This document shows, piece after piece, positions 18,751 through 27,144 of a DNA stretch of 39,522 nt (its first letter is position 1; each line of letters opens with the position of its first letter). A model generated the notes under the pieces. That model was not told the origin of the DNA. It was given only the letters and a program-made list of their open reading frames with translations, and did not search any database. The stretch is from positions 1-39,522 of the forward strand of contig CAZLEV010000024.1 of the NCBI GenBank assembly GCA_964558645.1. The letters run 5' to 3'. This stretch comes from an uncultured archaeon (GTDB taxonomy: Archaea > Asgardarchaeota > Thorarchaeia > Thorarchaeales > Thorarchaeaceae). The position numbers and the translations under genes were made by a program.

Positions 18751-20031
18751 TTGATGGACTCCTTCAACGCCGACCTTCATCTGCATTCTCCATACTCCAT
18801 CGGCGTGAGCCCCAGAATGACCATTCCTGAACTTGCAAAAGGTGCAAGAATGAAGGGGCTTGACATCCTCGGCACAGGCGATGCAACTCAACCAGACTGG
18901 TTGGGCCATCTCTCTGCAAATCTAGAAAGGGGCTCGGAATGCTATACTCACAAGGGAATCAATTTCATCATAACAACAGAGATTGAAGATTGTGAGTCAA
19001 TCCATCATCTGATTATTCTGCCAGACATTGATTCTGCAGAAGAGCTAAGAGGATCTCTTCGAAGGCACACTTCAGACATTGATGGTGAGTGGGCAGGACG
19101 TCCTAGAGTTGACATTGATGCTGAGACCCTTGCCGAAGTGGTTCAGGATTTTGGAGGGCTTATAGGTCCCGCACACGCCTTCACGCCCTATAGGTCGATC
19201 TTCAGGGAGGGCAGATACGAATCACTGGTTGACTGTTACCGGTCACAGGCCAAGAACATACACTTCCTTGAGCTCGGTCTCTCTGCTGATTCTTCCATCG
19301 GCGACTATATTAGCGAGCTGCATCGCCTGACTTTCCTCACTTGTAGCGATGCACACTCTCCAACTCCACTCAAGCTCGGCAGAGAGTACGTTCGCTTCAA
19401 CATGGAGGCTCCAAGTTTTCAGGAGCTGTGCCTTGCAATAATCAAGAAAGGAGGTCGGAAACCCACCTTGAACGTTGGATTTGATCCTCGGCTCGGCAAA
19501 TACTTCCTGTCTTTTTGTTCAGGTTGTAGAAGAACACTGATTCTTGATGAGGGTGAGGCCCCTCCTTCTCTTGATGACCTGAATGTCTACTTCCATGTTG
19601 ACTCCCCTGACGAAATAGACCGACTGCTGACCGACATCCATGCTAGGAAAGTGAAGTGTCCTGCATGCGGGAAGAGCTTACGGCTTGGAGTGCGAGATCG
19701 CGCACTGATGATCGGAAGTGCAAAGAGCCATTCGCCCGAGAATCGCCCGCCCTATGTCCACATGCCTCCGCTGTTAGAGTTGATTTCGGTAGCATTTGGC
19801 ATGAAGAGTCGATCTTCGAAGACGGCAAGAGATGCATATTATCGGTTGGTGACCGATTTGGGGACGGAGGCATCCATCCTTACCGAGGTGGATTGTGGGG
19901 AGATTTCTGATCTATACCCCCGAGTCGGGAGAATGGTCGATGCATATCGCCGTGGGGAGGTTGAGTATAGACCAGGTGGTGGCGGAAGGTACGGTCAAGT
20001 TGAGAGGATTCCTGGGTTGGATGAAGAATGA
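18751..20031 (+). CDS. endoQ: Endonuclease Q family (TIGR00375) PHP-domain protein
   Basis: DLHLHSPYS, GTGD, PAHAFTP, ELGLSAD, SDAHS..KLGRE, LGKY, CSGC..CPACG, GVRDR, PGGGGRYG. Confidence 0.88.
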   Translation: MMDSFNADLHLHSPYSIGVSPRMTIPELAKGARMKGLDILGTGDATQPDWLGHLSANLERGSECYTHKGINFIITTEIEDCESIHHLIILPDIDSAEELRGSLRRHTSDIDGEWAGRPRVDIDAETLAEVVQDFGGLIGPAHAFTPYRSIFREGRYESLVDCYRSQAKNIHFLELGLSADSSIGDYISELHRLTFLTCSDAHSPTPLKLGREYVRFNMEAPSFQELCLAIIKKGGRKPTLNVGFDPRLGKYFLSFCSGCRRTLILDEGEAPPSLDDLNVYFHVDSPDEIDRLLTDIHARKVKCPACGKSLRLGVRDRALMIGSAKSHSPENRPPYVHMPPLLELISVAFGMKSRSSKTARDAYYRLVTDLGTEASILTEVDCGEISDLYPRVGRMVDAYRRGEVEYRPGGGGRYGQVERIPGLDEE

Positions 20032-20336
20032 CAGTCATTGAAGGGGTCATACGAGAGGTAGGAAAGAGTACTACCACGAGAATCAGCGCTCAAAGATGGT
20101 ACGGTTCAACAACGATAGTTGTTCAGGACGAAGAGAGCAAGAAGACCTATTCTGTGCGAATCTCCTCCAATACCATGAAGAAGTGCAACTTCTTACCAAG
20201 GGTGGGAATGGAGGTCGTTGTTCATGGCTACGTCGAGGAGGCCGAAAGAGGTCTCTCGGATTATTATGTGACCCGTGTGACTCACGTCAAACACAAGGGG
20301 TCAGGAATAGAGCGAACAATTCGATTCGATGAATGA
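20028..20336 (+). CDS. Small OB-fold protein
   Basis: ATGA overlap with endoQ; IEGVIREV...PRVGMEVVVHGYV beta pattern typical of OB folds. Confidence 0.7.
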   Translation: MTVIEGVIREVGKSTTTRISAQRWYGSTTIVVQDEESKKTYSVRISSNTMKKCNFLPRVGMEVVVHGYVEEAERGLSDYYVTRVTHVKHKGSGIERTIRFDE

Positions 20337-20337
20337 A

Positions 20338-20637
20338 TCACTCTGTGTCCCGGATGATATAGGCTGGGAGTAGAATCCACTCCGAGCGGCACTCCGGGCA
20401 TTTTGTGGGTTTCTTCGGCGTGTCTCTATGCTTGAATATGTACCCACATTTGCCGCAGCTGGCTGGACGCATCAAAAGCTGTTTCCCTTGTGCTCGTACA
20501 GACTTCGCCACATGTTCCAGATCTTCGTACAGCGTGGACCTATTCCTGATATCCAACCATTCGGCAAGATCCTGGACGGTCATGGGGTGCTCGGTTCTCT
20601 CCAAGAGCTCGATTATTCTCTCCCTACGTGTCATCAT
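20338..20637 (-). CDS. HTH + Zn-ribbon transcriptional regulator (COG3357-like)
   Basis: TRRERIIELL...YEDLEHVAKS...PASCGKCGYIF...PTKCPECRSEWI. Confidence 0.9.
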   Translation of the reverse strand: MMTRRERIIELLERTEHPMTVQDLAEWLDIRNRSTLYEDLEHVAKSVRAQGKQLLMRPASCGKCGYIFKHRDTPKKPTKCPECRSEWILLPAYIIRDTE

Positions 20638-20739
20638 CAAAAACCCCTGAATGCATATACGAAGATATACCTTGAGGATTACTACTTTAAGGTGAGAATC
20701 GCAGCTAGTTCCCAGAGAGAACGCGGAGAAGGATATGTG

Positions 20740-21996
20740 ATGTCTCAGAGTCGCCTGCAACCGAAGGGCGGACATGGTCCCTCATTCAATGAGCGACTTT
20801 GTTCTAGGTGTATGGGGCATCGCGCACTATGTGGTGTAAGTCCTTGTCCCTTGCTGATGCGGGCCAAAGCCCTCGCAAACATCGAATCCGCTGTGAGAGG
20901 GATGAACCTCACGGGGTCATCACCGCCCTCCGTCTTCGTTGGCAGTCATGGTTATCCCAAGGTTCTCGCTGGACCACTGGTGCCACCCATCAGGAGTGGA
21001 GAATCAGCGATTATGGAACGGCCCGATCTCTGGTTGACAAAGACCCTCGATGAGATTCTGGCCCTGCGATTCAGCTTAATTCGAACAAAGCGGCCCATTC
21101 CTGTTGATGCAGCGGTGGATCCCCCTCGTCTTCTCCATGAGACCCAGACAATGGCTCTATCTGAGACTCCCGCCTCGTCAGAGGCGACACTAATCAAACG
21201 TCCGAGTTTCACGCGAGTGTTCTCGGGGCGAACGCTTCCCATCGGCCCATCAGCGCCTCTTCGGAGCTTCAGACTGGAAGACAACCCTGCAGTTCCGAAG
21301 GCTGTGGATAAGGTGACCTCTGACACAGACCTAGATGCAACTACAGGTGTCAAGACTCTCTTCGACGAGGGCATCCACCAGCAACAGGTCACGAGGCTCT
21401 TCTCGATTGGAATGCTGGGAGCCAAAAAGAGACGACGTCTTGTTCCCACTGAGTGGAGCATCACGGCAGTTGATGATATCGTCGCGAAGGAGTTGCAGAA
21501 GGAGGTCCTTCGCTTCAGATGGATCAACGACTATCTAGTGTTCACCGATTACGCTCTTGGAAATCGAGTCACCATCTTGATGATGCCCAATTCTTGGCAA
21601 TTCGAAGCCCTAGAGTGTTGGCTGAGTGGCCGTGCGCCTCATGTCATATCTGACCATGAGTTCGCGAAGGGCCGAAAAGAGTATGCTAAGGATGTCACGG
21701 GAGCTTACTATGCAACTCGCCTCCCTGTCTTGGAGCGTCTGGTTGAGATGCGAAGACAGGCGGGTGTCATAGTCTTTATGGAAATTGACCCCAGAAAATG
21801 GGTCCCTCTCGGTGTGTGGCGGTTCAGGGAGATAGCAAGAAGAGGATTGGACATGAAACCCCAGAAGCTCAGTAGCCTTGATGAAGCATTGATGGCTGTG
21901 GGAAGAACGCTCCAGAACTCATTAGACAGCTATCTGGATGTGAGCGAAACTTACAAACACTTTATCACCCAGAGCCGACTGACAGACTTTTTCTAG
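20740..21996 (+). CDS. nreA: Nre family DNA repair protein (DUF650/DUF651)
   Basis: CSRCMG..LCG..CP, GSSPPSVFVGSHGYPKV..GP, RRLVPTEWSITAVD, GAYYA.RL, PLGVW..RE, and a C-terminal PCNA-binding PIP box QSRLTDFF. Confidence 0.93.
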   Translation: MSQSRLQPKGGHGPSFNERLCSRCMGHRALCGVSPCPLLMRAKALANIESAVRGMNLTGSSPPSVFVGSHGYPKVLAGPLVPPIRSGESAIMERPDLWLTKTLDEILALRFSLIRTKRPIPVDAAVDPPRLLHETQTMALSETPASSEATLIKRPSFTRVFSGRTLPIGPSAPLRSFRLEDNPAVPKAVDKVTSDTDLDATTGVKTLFDEGIHQQQVTRLFSIGMLGAKKRRRLVPTEWSITAVDDIVAKELQKEVLRFRWINDYLVFTDYALGNRVTILMMPNSWQFEALECWLSGRAPHVISDHEFAKGRKEYAKDVTGAYYATRLPVLERLVEMRRQAGVIVFMEIDPRKWVPLGVWRFREIARRGLDMKPQKLSSLDEALMAVGRTLQNSLDSYLDVSETYKHFITQSRLTDFF

Positions 21997-22042
21997 CGCG
22001 TGATTTAAGAGAGTCCAGCCAGCATGAGTAGTCGGAATTGCG

Positions 22043-23563
22043 ATGGCTCTGTATGAGAGACTCATAAGACTTGGAGAACGCATCCCTGTGTATTCTCAAC
22101 TCGGGCGTCAAAGGAGCGATTCCGAACTGGAGCAGGCTGTAGTCTTTCTTCGTCCGTTGCTGGATATCAGTACGCGGGGAGTCTTTTCGATCGCCTACTT
22201 CTTCTCGTCCGTCATTATCATACTCAGTGGTCTGACTGCAGTTGTCTTTAGTCTTCAACTGATTGTTGCCATCCCTCTCTCACTAATCATCGGTATCATC
22301 ACCTATTATGTGACAGTGAACTACCCTGTTTCGAAAATGAACAGCTACAGGTTGAGTCTAGCTGAGGAGGCCGATCTTCTTTTCGAGCAGTTCATTCTAG
22401 TCTTTCAATCTGGGGGAACAATCTTCGATGCAATCTCCTTGGTGGCCGAGTCTGATCACCCCTATCTCTCATCTGCCTTTCAGCGCATCTTGAGAGATGC
22501 AGCAGATGGAATCCCCCCTGAGGAGTCGTTGATGGAGTTCGCAAGAAACCAACCCTCTGACGACGTGCGGCGATACATCACTGCAGTGATATCTGCTTTG
22601 GAACAAAAGACCGAGTTGCTTGATGAACTCTCAGGTCATGCCTTCGAAGCGGATATGTCTTTACGCTCTAGGAATCTCGAGCTCGAGAGTCGCCTTCTGG
22701 TTGTAGCGGCTCTTGTAACCTATGTCCCAATCCTGCTCACTCTTTCCCTAGCACTGACTGGAATGGCGACCGACCCTATCATACTCCTCTTTGCACCTCT
22801 TCTTATCGGTCTGAATGCGCTATTCCGTGTTCGTTTCACAAGTGGGTTTGCTGCATACTTCGATAGACCTCAGAAGATGAGTCCAAGTCCACCGTCACAG
22901 AGTGAGATAATGGCAGAATATGATGACTTCCTCAACTTCATGATTCTTCTTGCAGAGCGGCTCAATAATGGTGACACATTAGAAGTCGCGGTTGTTGAGG
23001 TTCGCGATGATGCGTCTCCGCGGATTCAATCACTTTTGGACTCCACGATCAGGTCCATTACTTGGGAGTCTAAAGGGATTGAGGAGGCCATGAACGACTC
23101 AGCGGATGATGCCTTGGGGCAGCGAGTAGCGAACATGTATCGGATGATTCCTCGCATGTGTGAGTTCTCTACAAAGGAAGCAGGCGATAGACTTTCGCGC
23201 ATTGCATCTCGTCTGATAGCGAGATCTACAATCCTCCGTGAGAGAGAGTCAATAATTCAGGCCCAGCGACTGAAAGTATATCTTCTATCAATAACGAGCT
23301 CTGTAGTGCTTGGCCTTCTCTCGTCACTTGCTCCATATCTCTACATAGGGGCATTGTTATCAGAAGGACCTTCATGGACTCCTGGTTCCGTGACTATGAT
23401 TGACATGCTCCCCCTCTCATTGCTTCTCTTCATAACCACAGCGTCTTCAGGTTATCAGAACTCCAGAATGGTCGGAGGCTCGAAGTCCATCTTGTTTGGA
23501 ATCATCTGTGGCTTCCTCTATTGGTTTGCACTCTCTGCATCATCCAATCTTCTGGGTTTCTAG
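22043..23563 (+). CDS. Type II secretion system F (TadC/PilC/ArlJ-like) platform membrane protein, two domains
   Basis: Two repeats of the T2SSF cytoplasmic pattern (QSGGTIFDAI..; NNGDTLEVAV..), each followed by TM clusters. Confidence 0.8.
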   Translation: MALYERLIRLGERIPVYSQLGRQRSDSELEQAVVFLRPLLDISTRGVFSIAYFFSSVIIILSGLTAVVFSLQLIVAIPLSLIIGIITYYVTVNYPVSKMNSYRLSLAEEADLLFEQFILVFQSGGTIFDAISLVAESDHPYLSSAFQRILRDAADGIPPEESLMEFARNQPSDDVRRYITAVISALEQKTELLDELSGHAFEADMSLRSRNLELESRLLVVAALVTYVPILLTLSLALTGMATDPIILLFAPLLIGLNALFRVRFTSGFAAYFDRPQKMSPSPPSQSEIMAEYDDFLNFMILLAERLNNGDTLEVAVVEVRDDASPRIQSLLDSTIRSITWESKGIEEAMNDSADDALGQRVANMYRMIPRMCEFSTKEAGDRLSRIASRLIARSTILRERESIIQAQRLKVYLLSITSSVVLGLLSSLAPYLYIGALLSEGPSWTPGSVTMIDMLPLSLLLFITTASSGYQNSRMVGGSKSILFGIICGFLYWFALSASSNLLGF

Positions 23564-23628
23564 CTGGAGGACATAGGTTTTTTAACGGCTAAGACTATGC
23601 TGCGAGTGGTTAGACTGAGGTGTGATTA

Positions 23629-24279
23629 ATGTTACAATTTGGTGTTTTCGACCTCTCTCTCGACGAAATCATGCTCTTCTTCCAGGACCCGTGGGTCGTG
23701 GGCTGGGTGTTGATTGGCTCAGGGATTCTTGCAGCCGCATGGCTTCTGGAGAACATAACAGATCCCATTCCCCTCCTTGGATGGGTATTCGACGCGATTG
23801 TCAAACTAGGGTCCTTCCTAGGATTCTTTGTAGGTGCGCTGGATATTCTGGTTGGGTATGTCGTCTATACGACTAATCCGGGCGGTGCACTTGTTGCCGC
23901 AGTTCTGGTAATCATAGGGTTCACCCTTGTGATGCGACTGCTAGACAAGTTTCCATTGGCCCTTCTGTTTGCATTGGCAGTAGCAATATTCGGTACGTTC
24001 ACACTTTATGGCTTTCTTGCCCAATACGCTGAGATGGCCGTTATTGGTGAGTACATCCAACAGATCATCTCACTCAAGTGGATGATTGTTATCGGCGTAA
24101 TCATCTTTTGTGTGGTCTACGTACTAGGAGGCCTCGTTATCAAGCTCATCCAGCTGATTGGAAAGGTCTTTGCCAGCACTCCTGTCAGCGTTCTCGTTGG
24201 TCTTGCGGCAATTGCTGTTGGAGTAGTCGTGATACTGAGTCCGGTGACTCTAGGTCTTGCAATTCCCTGGCCTACATGA
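23629..24279 (+). CDS. Integral membrane protein (~6 TM), unknown function
   Basis: Highly hydrophobic; TTTTTAA promoter-like box at ~23578; SD GAGGTG. Confidence 0.8.
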   Translation: MLQFGVFDLSLDEIMLFFQDPWVVGWVLIGSGILAAAWLLENITDPIPLLGWVFDAIVKLGSFLGFFVGALDILVGYVVYTTNPGGALVAAVLVIIGFTLVMRLLDKFPLALLFALAVAIFGTFTLYGFLAQYAEMAVIGEYIQQIISLKWMIVIGVIIFCVVYVLGGLVIKLIQLIGKVFASTPVSVLVGLAAIAVGVVVILSPVTLGLAIPWPT

Positions 24280-24292
24280 AGTGTATCCTGTT

Positions 24293-24330
24293 TGAGGGGT
24301 TTCGCCCCTCATCCTACTTTCTTTCTCCCT
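24293..24330 (+). terminator. Hairpin plus pyrimidine tract between convergent genes
   Basis: TGAGGGG-TTTCG-CCCCTCA followed by TCCTACTTTCTTTCTCCCT. Confidence 0.6.
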
Positions 24331-24334
24331 CGTT

Positions 24335-24673
24335 TTACTCGCACTGTGTCATAGGCCGAATCTCTCGAAAGAACAAGAACTGGATCGAACGGTCATTGTA
24401 GAAAGAGGCGGTGTCATTCATTGTATCTTTCGCTGAGGCAATGCCTGAGAACCATTCCGAAAAATAGAGCTCCTTCTCCGGTAGTTCATTCTGAATTTCA
24501 GATCTGAAGAAACCCTCAGGAATCTCAACTCCCTGAGGAACAAGTAGAGCAACTCGAAACGCTCTTTCTACGCTTCTCATCTCAAGCCAAAGCTCACAAT
24601 ACGCCAAACGTATCATCTTCCCATCAGAATCCACCAGTAATGTGGTTTCGGAATGCAAGACTAGCGAATGCAT
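24335..24673 (-). CDS. Hypothetical protein
   Basis: 112-aa ORF fills the gap; true start may be ~19 codons downstream (MIRLAYC). Confidence 0.6.
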   Translation of the reverse strand: MHSLVLHSETTLLVDSDGKMIRLAYCELWLEMRSVERAFRVALLVPQGVEIPEGFFRSEIQNELPEKELYFSEWFSGIASAKDTMNDTASFYNDRSIQFLFFREIRPMTQCE

Positions 24674-24741
24674 TTGACTCTATTGCTTGTGGAGGCTTCT
24701 TAGCCATTTCCCAAAGAGTTCATATAGTATGTTAGCGTCGA

Positions 24742-24779
24742 TGTTAGTAAGGGTGCGTATCTTTGAATACGCACTAACA
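24742..24779. promoter_or_regulatory. Inverted-repeat operator candidate upstream of the RHH regulator
   Basis: GTGCGTAT-N6-ATACGCAC (24753-24774) flanked by TGTTAG/CTAACA; TTCATATA box at 24719-24726. Confidence 0.6.
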
Positions 24780-24792
24780 GTTTGTCGAGGTA

Positions 24793-25395
24793 ATGCCTGA
24801 GGTTAAGGGGCAGGATGTGAAAACCGGAATGTGTCCTGATTCCAAGAAGAAGTCGAGCAGTTCCCACAGTGATAAGAAGAAGATTATCAGCGTCACTATG
24901 AGTGAGTCACTTGTAGAGCATATAGATGAGCTGGTCCAGGAACGAGTGGCGCGGTCACGCGCTCAGATGATAGAAGATGCGGTCAGGTGGTTCATTGATT
25001 TCACTGCCCACAAATGGGGCGAACGGGGCATATACATAGACTCCTTTCGTGTTGTATTCGAGTCCGACAGCCAATCCTCTCTGTTCTTCTCCAAACTCAC
25101 TCCTTCGGAGCAACATGACCTCGGCGTCACTGCTGGCAGTCAGTCGCCAATAGCTGATATTGTCAAGATCTACCACGATAAGAACCCCTCTGATGAAGAT
25201 GCGCGAGACCTGGTCTTCGAATTGCTTCAAGACCATGGTTGGGGCTCTATCTCTTTACATGACGACAAGATTGTGATTGGCAGTCCATTTTACCCGGCCC
25301 CGTTCATCCATGGGTATCTGACTTCGCTCCTGAAGATTGATCTAGAACTGGTTGAAACCCATGCGAAAGAGAACGTTGCCCTGAGGATTGTATAG
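24793..25395 (+). CDS. Ribbon-helix-helix (CopG/NikR-type) regulator fused to a V4R-like domain
   Basis: KIISVTMSESLVEHIDELV....SRAQMIEDAVR; C-terminal GVTAG...HGWG..FIHGYLTSLL. Start could be 24829. Confidence 0.82.
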   Translation: MPEVKGQDVKTGMCPDSKKKSSSSHSDKKKIISVTMSESLVEHIDELVQERVARSRAQMIEDAVRWFIDFTAHKWGERGIYIDSFRVVFESDSQSSLFFSKLTPSEQHDLGVTAGSQSPIADIVKIYHDKNPSDEDARDLVFELLQDHGWGSISLHDDKIVIGSPFYPAPFIHGYLTSLLKIDLELVETHAKENVALRIV

Positions 25396-25397
25396 CT

Positions 25398-25823
25398 TCA
25401 CCATTCGAGACCTATCTCAAGAATCTCAAACTCGCTCTTGTATAGGCCGGGAATACTGTTGATTGTGTTTCTGATATTTGTCTCTTTCTCTCTAATCGAG
25501 TCTGCTGCAAAATACACTTCGTAGACGCATCTGTTCTGCTCGAAGCAGAAACCAGTTGTAAACAGTACCTTCAAGTCGTGCTGCTTGAAGAGACTCGTCA
25601 TCGTCTGCATGAGTGCTGGATTGACCTTCTCAACTTCGAGCCGTACTCGGGCACCACCCTCCTTCATCATGGGGATGAGTCTTACCTCGCCCGATTTCTC
25701 GAAGTAGATAACCATCGCAGCTTTCATGTCCTTAAGTTCGGGATTCTTGAAGAAATCCTCTGGGAGTTTTATCTCGCCCTTCTTCTTGACGTCCGCAATC
25801 ATGCCTTTTGTCAATCCGGCCAC
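25398..25823 (-). CDS. AbrB-like plus ACT-like domain protein
   Basis: VKKKGEIKLP (AbrB loop), followed by an ACT-like beta-alpha-beta-beta-alpha-beta segment. Confidence 0.65.
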   Translation of the reverse strand: MAGLTKGMIADVKKKGEIKLPEDFFKNPELKDMKAAMVIYFEKSGEVRLIPMMKEGGARVRLEVEKVNPALMQTMTSLFKQHDLKVLFTTGFCFEQNRCVYEVYFAADSIREKETNIRNTINSIPGLYKSEFEILEIGLEW

Positions 25824-25913
25824 ACAAATCGCCTCTCGCTGCTCTGTTATGTCAACACATTTCGTCTATATTTATGTTCGTACACTAGACTCGGATATAC
25901 ATTCTTCGTGTAT

Positions 25914-26792
25914 CTAGTCGGTAACGACCACCGCGGACAGCATCATGCATGCTCCTATGAGCTGTACAGGCGTCAGTGATTCTCCCAGAAAGACGAAACT
26001 GAGGAACATAGCAACTGCAGACTGCAACAGAAGATAGACTGCAGAGGCTGTACCCCCGAGATGCTTCAGCCCCTCGTAGTACAGTAGGAAAGCTATACCG
26101 ATAGAGAATACGCCAAGGTAAATGATTCCTGCCCAAGTCACACTGGAAGCAGTCTGTATTCCTGATTGATTCGAGAAGATGAAGGCTGCAATACCCAGAA
26201 CGATTGCGGTATATGCGGCATTCGGAGCTGCAACCTGGAGAGGTTTCTGTGCCTGTCTCATGGCATTGTACGCAAGAACAATCCAGAGTGCCCAAACGAG
26301 TCCAGCAAACAGTGCCAGCAGCTCTCCGATGAAACCTCCTTCGACTACAGCCCCCAGATCTCCGCCTGTAGTCACAAGAACTGTCCCGAAAATGCCTATC
26401 ACAAGTGCAACGATGTTTCGATGGGACACACTCTCGCGGCCAATCAAGAATGCAAATACGGGAACTAACGCCACACCAAAGTTGACCAAGAGGCTGGCGT
26501 TGATTGCGGTTGTATAGTACAGGGCGATGTAGTTTGAGCCATAGGCCAGCCCATTAAGGATCCCCAAGACAACTAGTGCCCGATGGCCGAAGAACTCGAG
26601 TCCCTTCGAATCTGCCTCTCTGTTCTTCCAAACAAGGGCGGTTATCAGAATCAGCGCCCCTATAGAGTTCTGTAAGAAGGTGATGCCCAGAGGGTCTGCG
26701 TCCTTCACAATAACCCGCCCCACCATGAATGTGGAGCCCCAGATGACAGCCGCCATCACCATCAGTACTCTCGCTGAGTTCCTAGATTGCAT
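25914..26792 (-). CDS. DMT/EamA family transporter
   Basis: AAVIWGSTF, ALYYTTAINASLL, GELLALFAGLVWA, FLGESLT; ~10 TM. Confidence 0.92.
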   Translation of the reverse strand: MQSRNSARVLMVMAAVIWGSTFMVGRVIVKDADPLGITFLQNSIGALILITALVWKNREADSKGLEFFGHRALVVLGILNGLAYGSNYIALYYTTAINASLLVNFGVALVPVFAFLIGRESVSHRNIVALVIGIFGTVLVTTGGDLGAVVEGGFIGELLALFAGLVWALWIVLAYNAMRQAQKPLQVAAPNAAYTAIVLGIAAFIFSNQSGIQTASSVTWAGIIYLGVFSIGIAFLLYYEGLKHLGGTASAVYLLLQSAVAMFLSFVFLGESLTPVQLIGACMMLSAVVVTD

Positions 26793-26911
26793 TGGAGATC
26801 TGCCTGGCCTAGAGGTCACGAGTTCTCTACTTAACTCTGCAGGTCTTACGTTTCTAGCGATAGTGTTAAAGCGAGATTGTATGCTAGTGCGCCAGACAGG
26901 AGCTAAGCAAT

Positions 26912-27031
26912 ATGGCCAAAGAAGGAGCAACATATGTATGCGACATTTGCCAGCAGGTCATTGTCGTCAAAAAGTCAGGCGCAGGTACTCTGGTATGCTG
27001 CAATCAACCAATGCGATTGTATGAGGAGTAG
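26912..27031 (+). CDS. Desulforedoxin-like FeS4 small protein (39 aa; not in ORF track)
   Basis: MAKEGATYVCDICQQVIVVKKSGAGTLVCCNQPMRLYEE*, i.e. YxCxxC-x15-CCxxPM; SD AGGAG at 26898-26902. Confidence 0.9.
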   Translation: MAKEGATYVCDICQQVIVVKKSGAGTLVCCNQPMRLYEE

Positions 27032-27144
27032 CCCCTCCAAGTGCTATCTTCGGACACCCGCTGACATCTTTTCCTTATACAGTTGATAATCTTTATATGC
27101 TCACTAAAAGGCGAACCAATGAGCTTCTTCGAGGAGTCACTGCC

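Noticed and set aside
20428-20739. 104-aa N-terminal extension of NreA in the ORF track
   Set aside because: It overlaps the antisense HTH-Zn regulator; family homology starts after ATG 20740.
26680-27024. 114-aa plus-strand ORF and the long N-terminal extension of the EamA ORF
   Set aside because: Both overlap the desulforedoxin-like gene in other frames and show no recognisable features.
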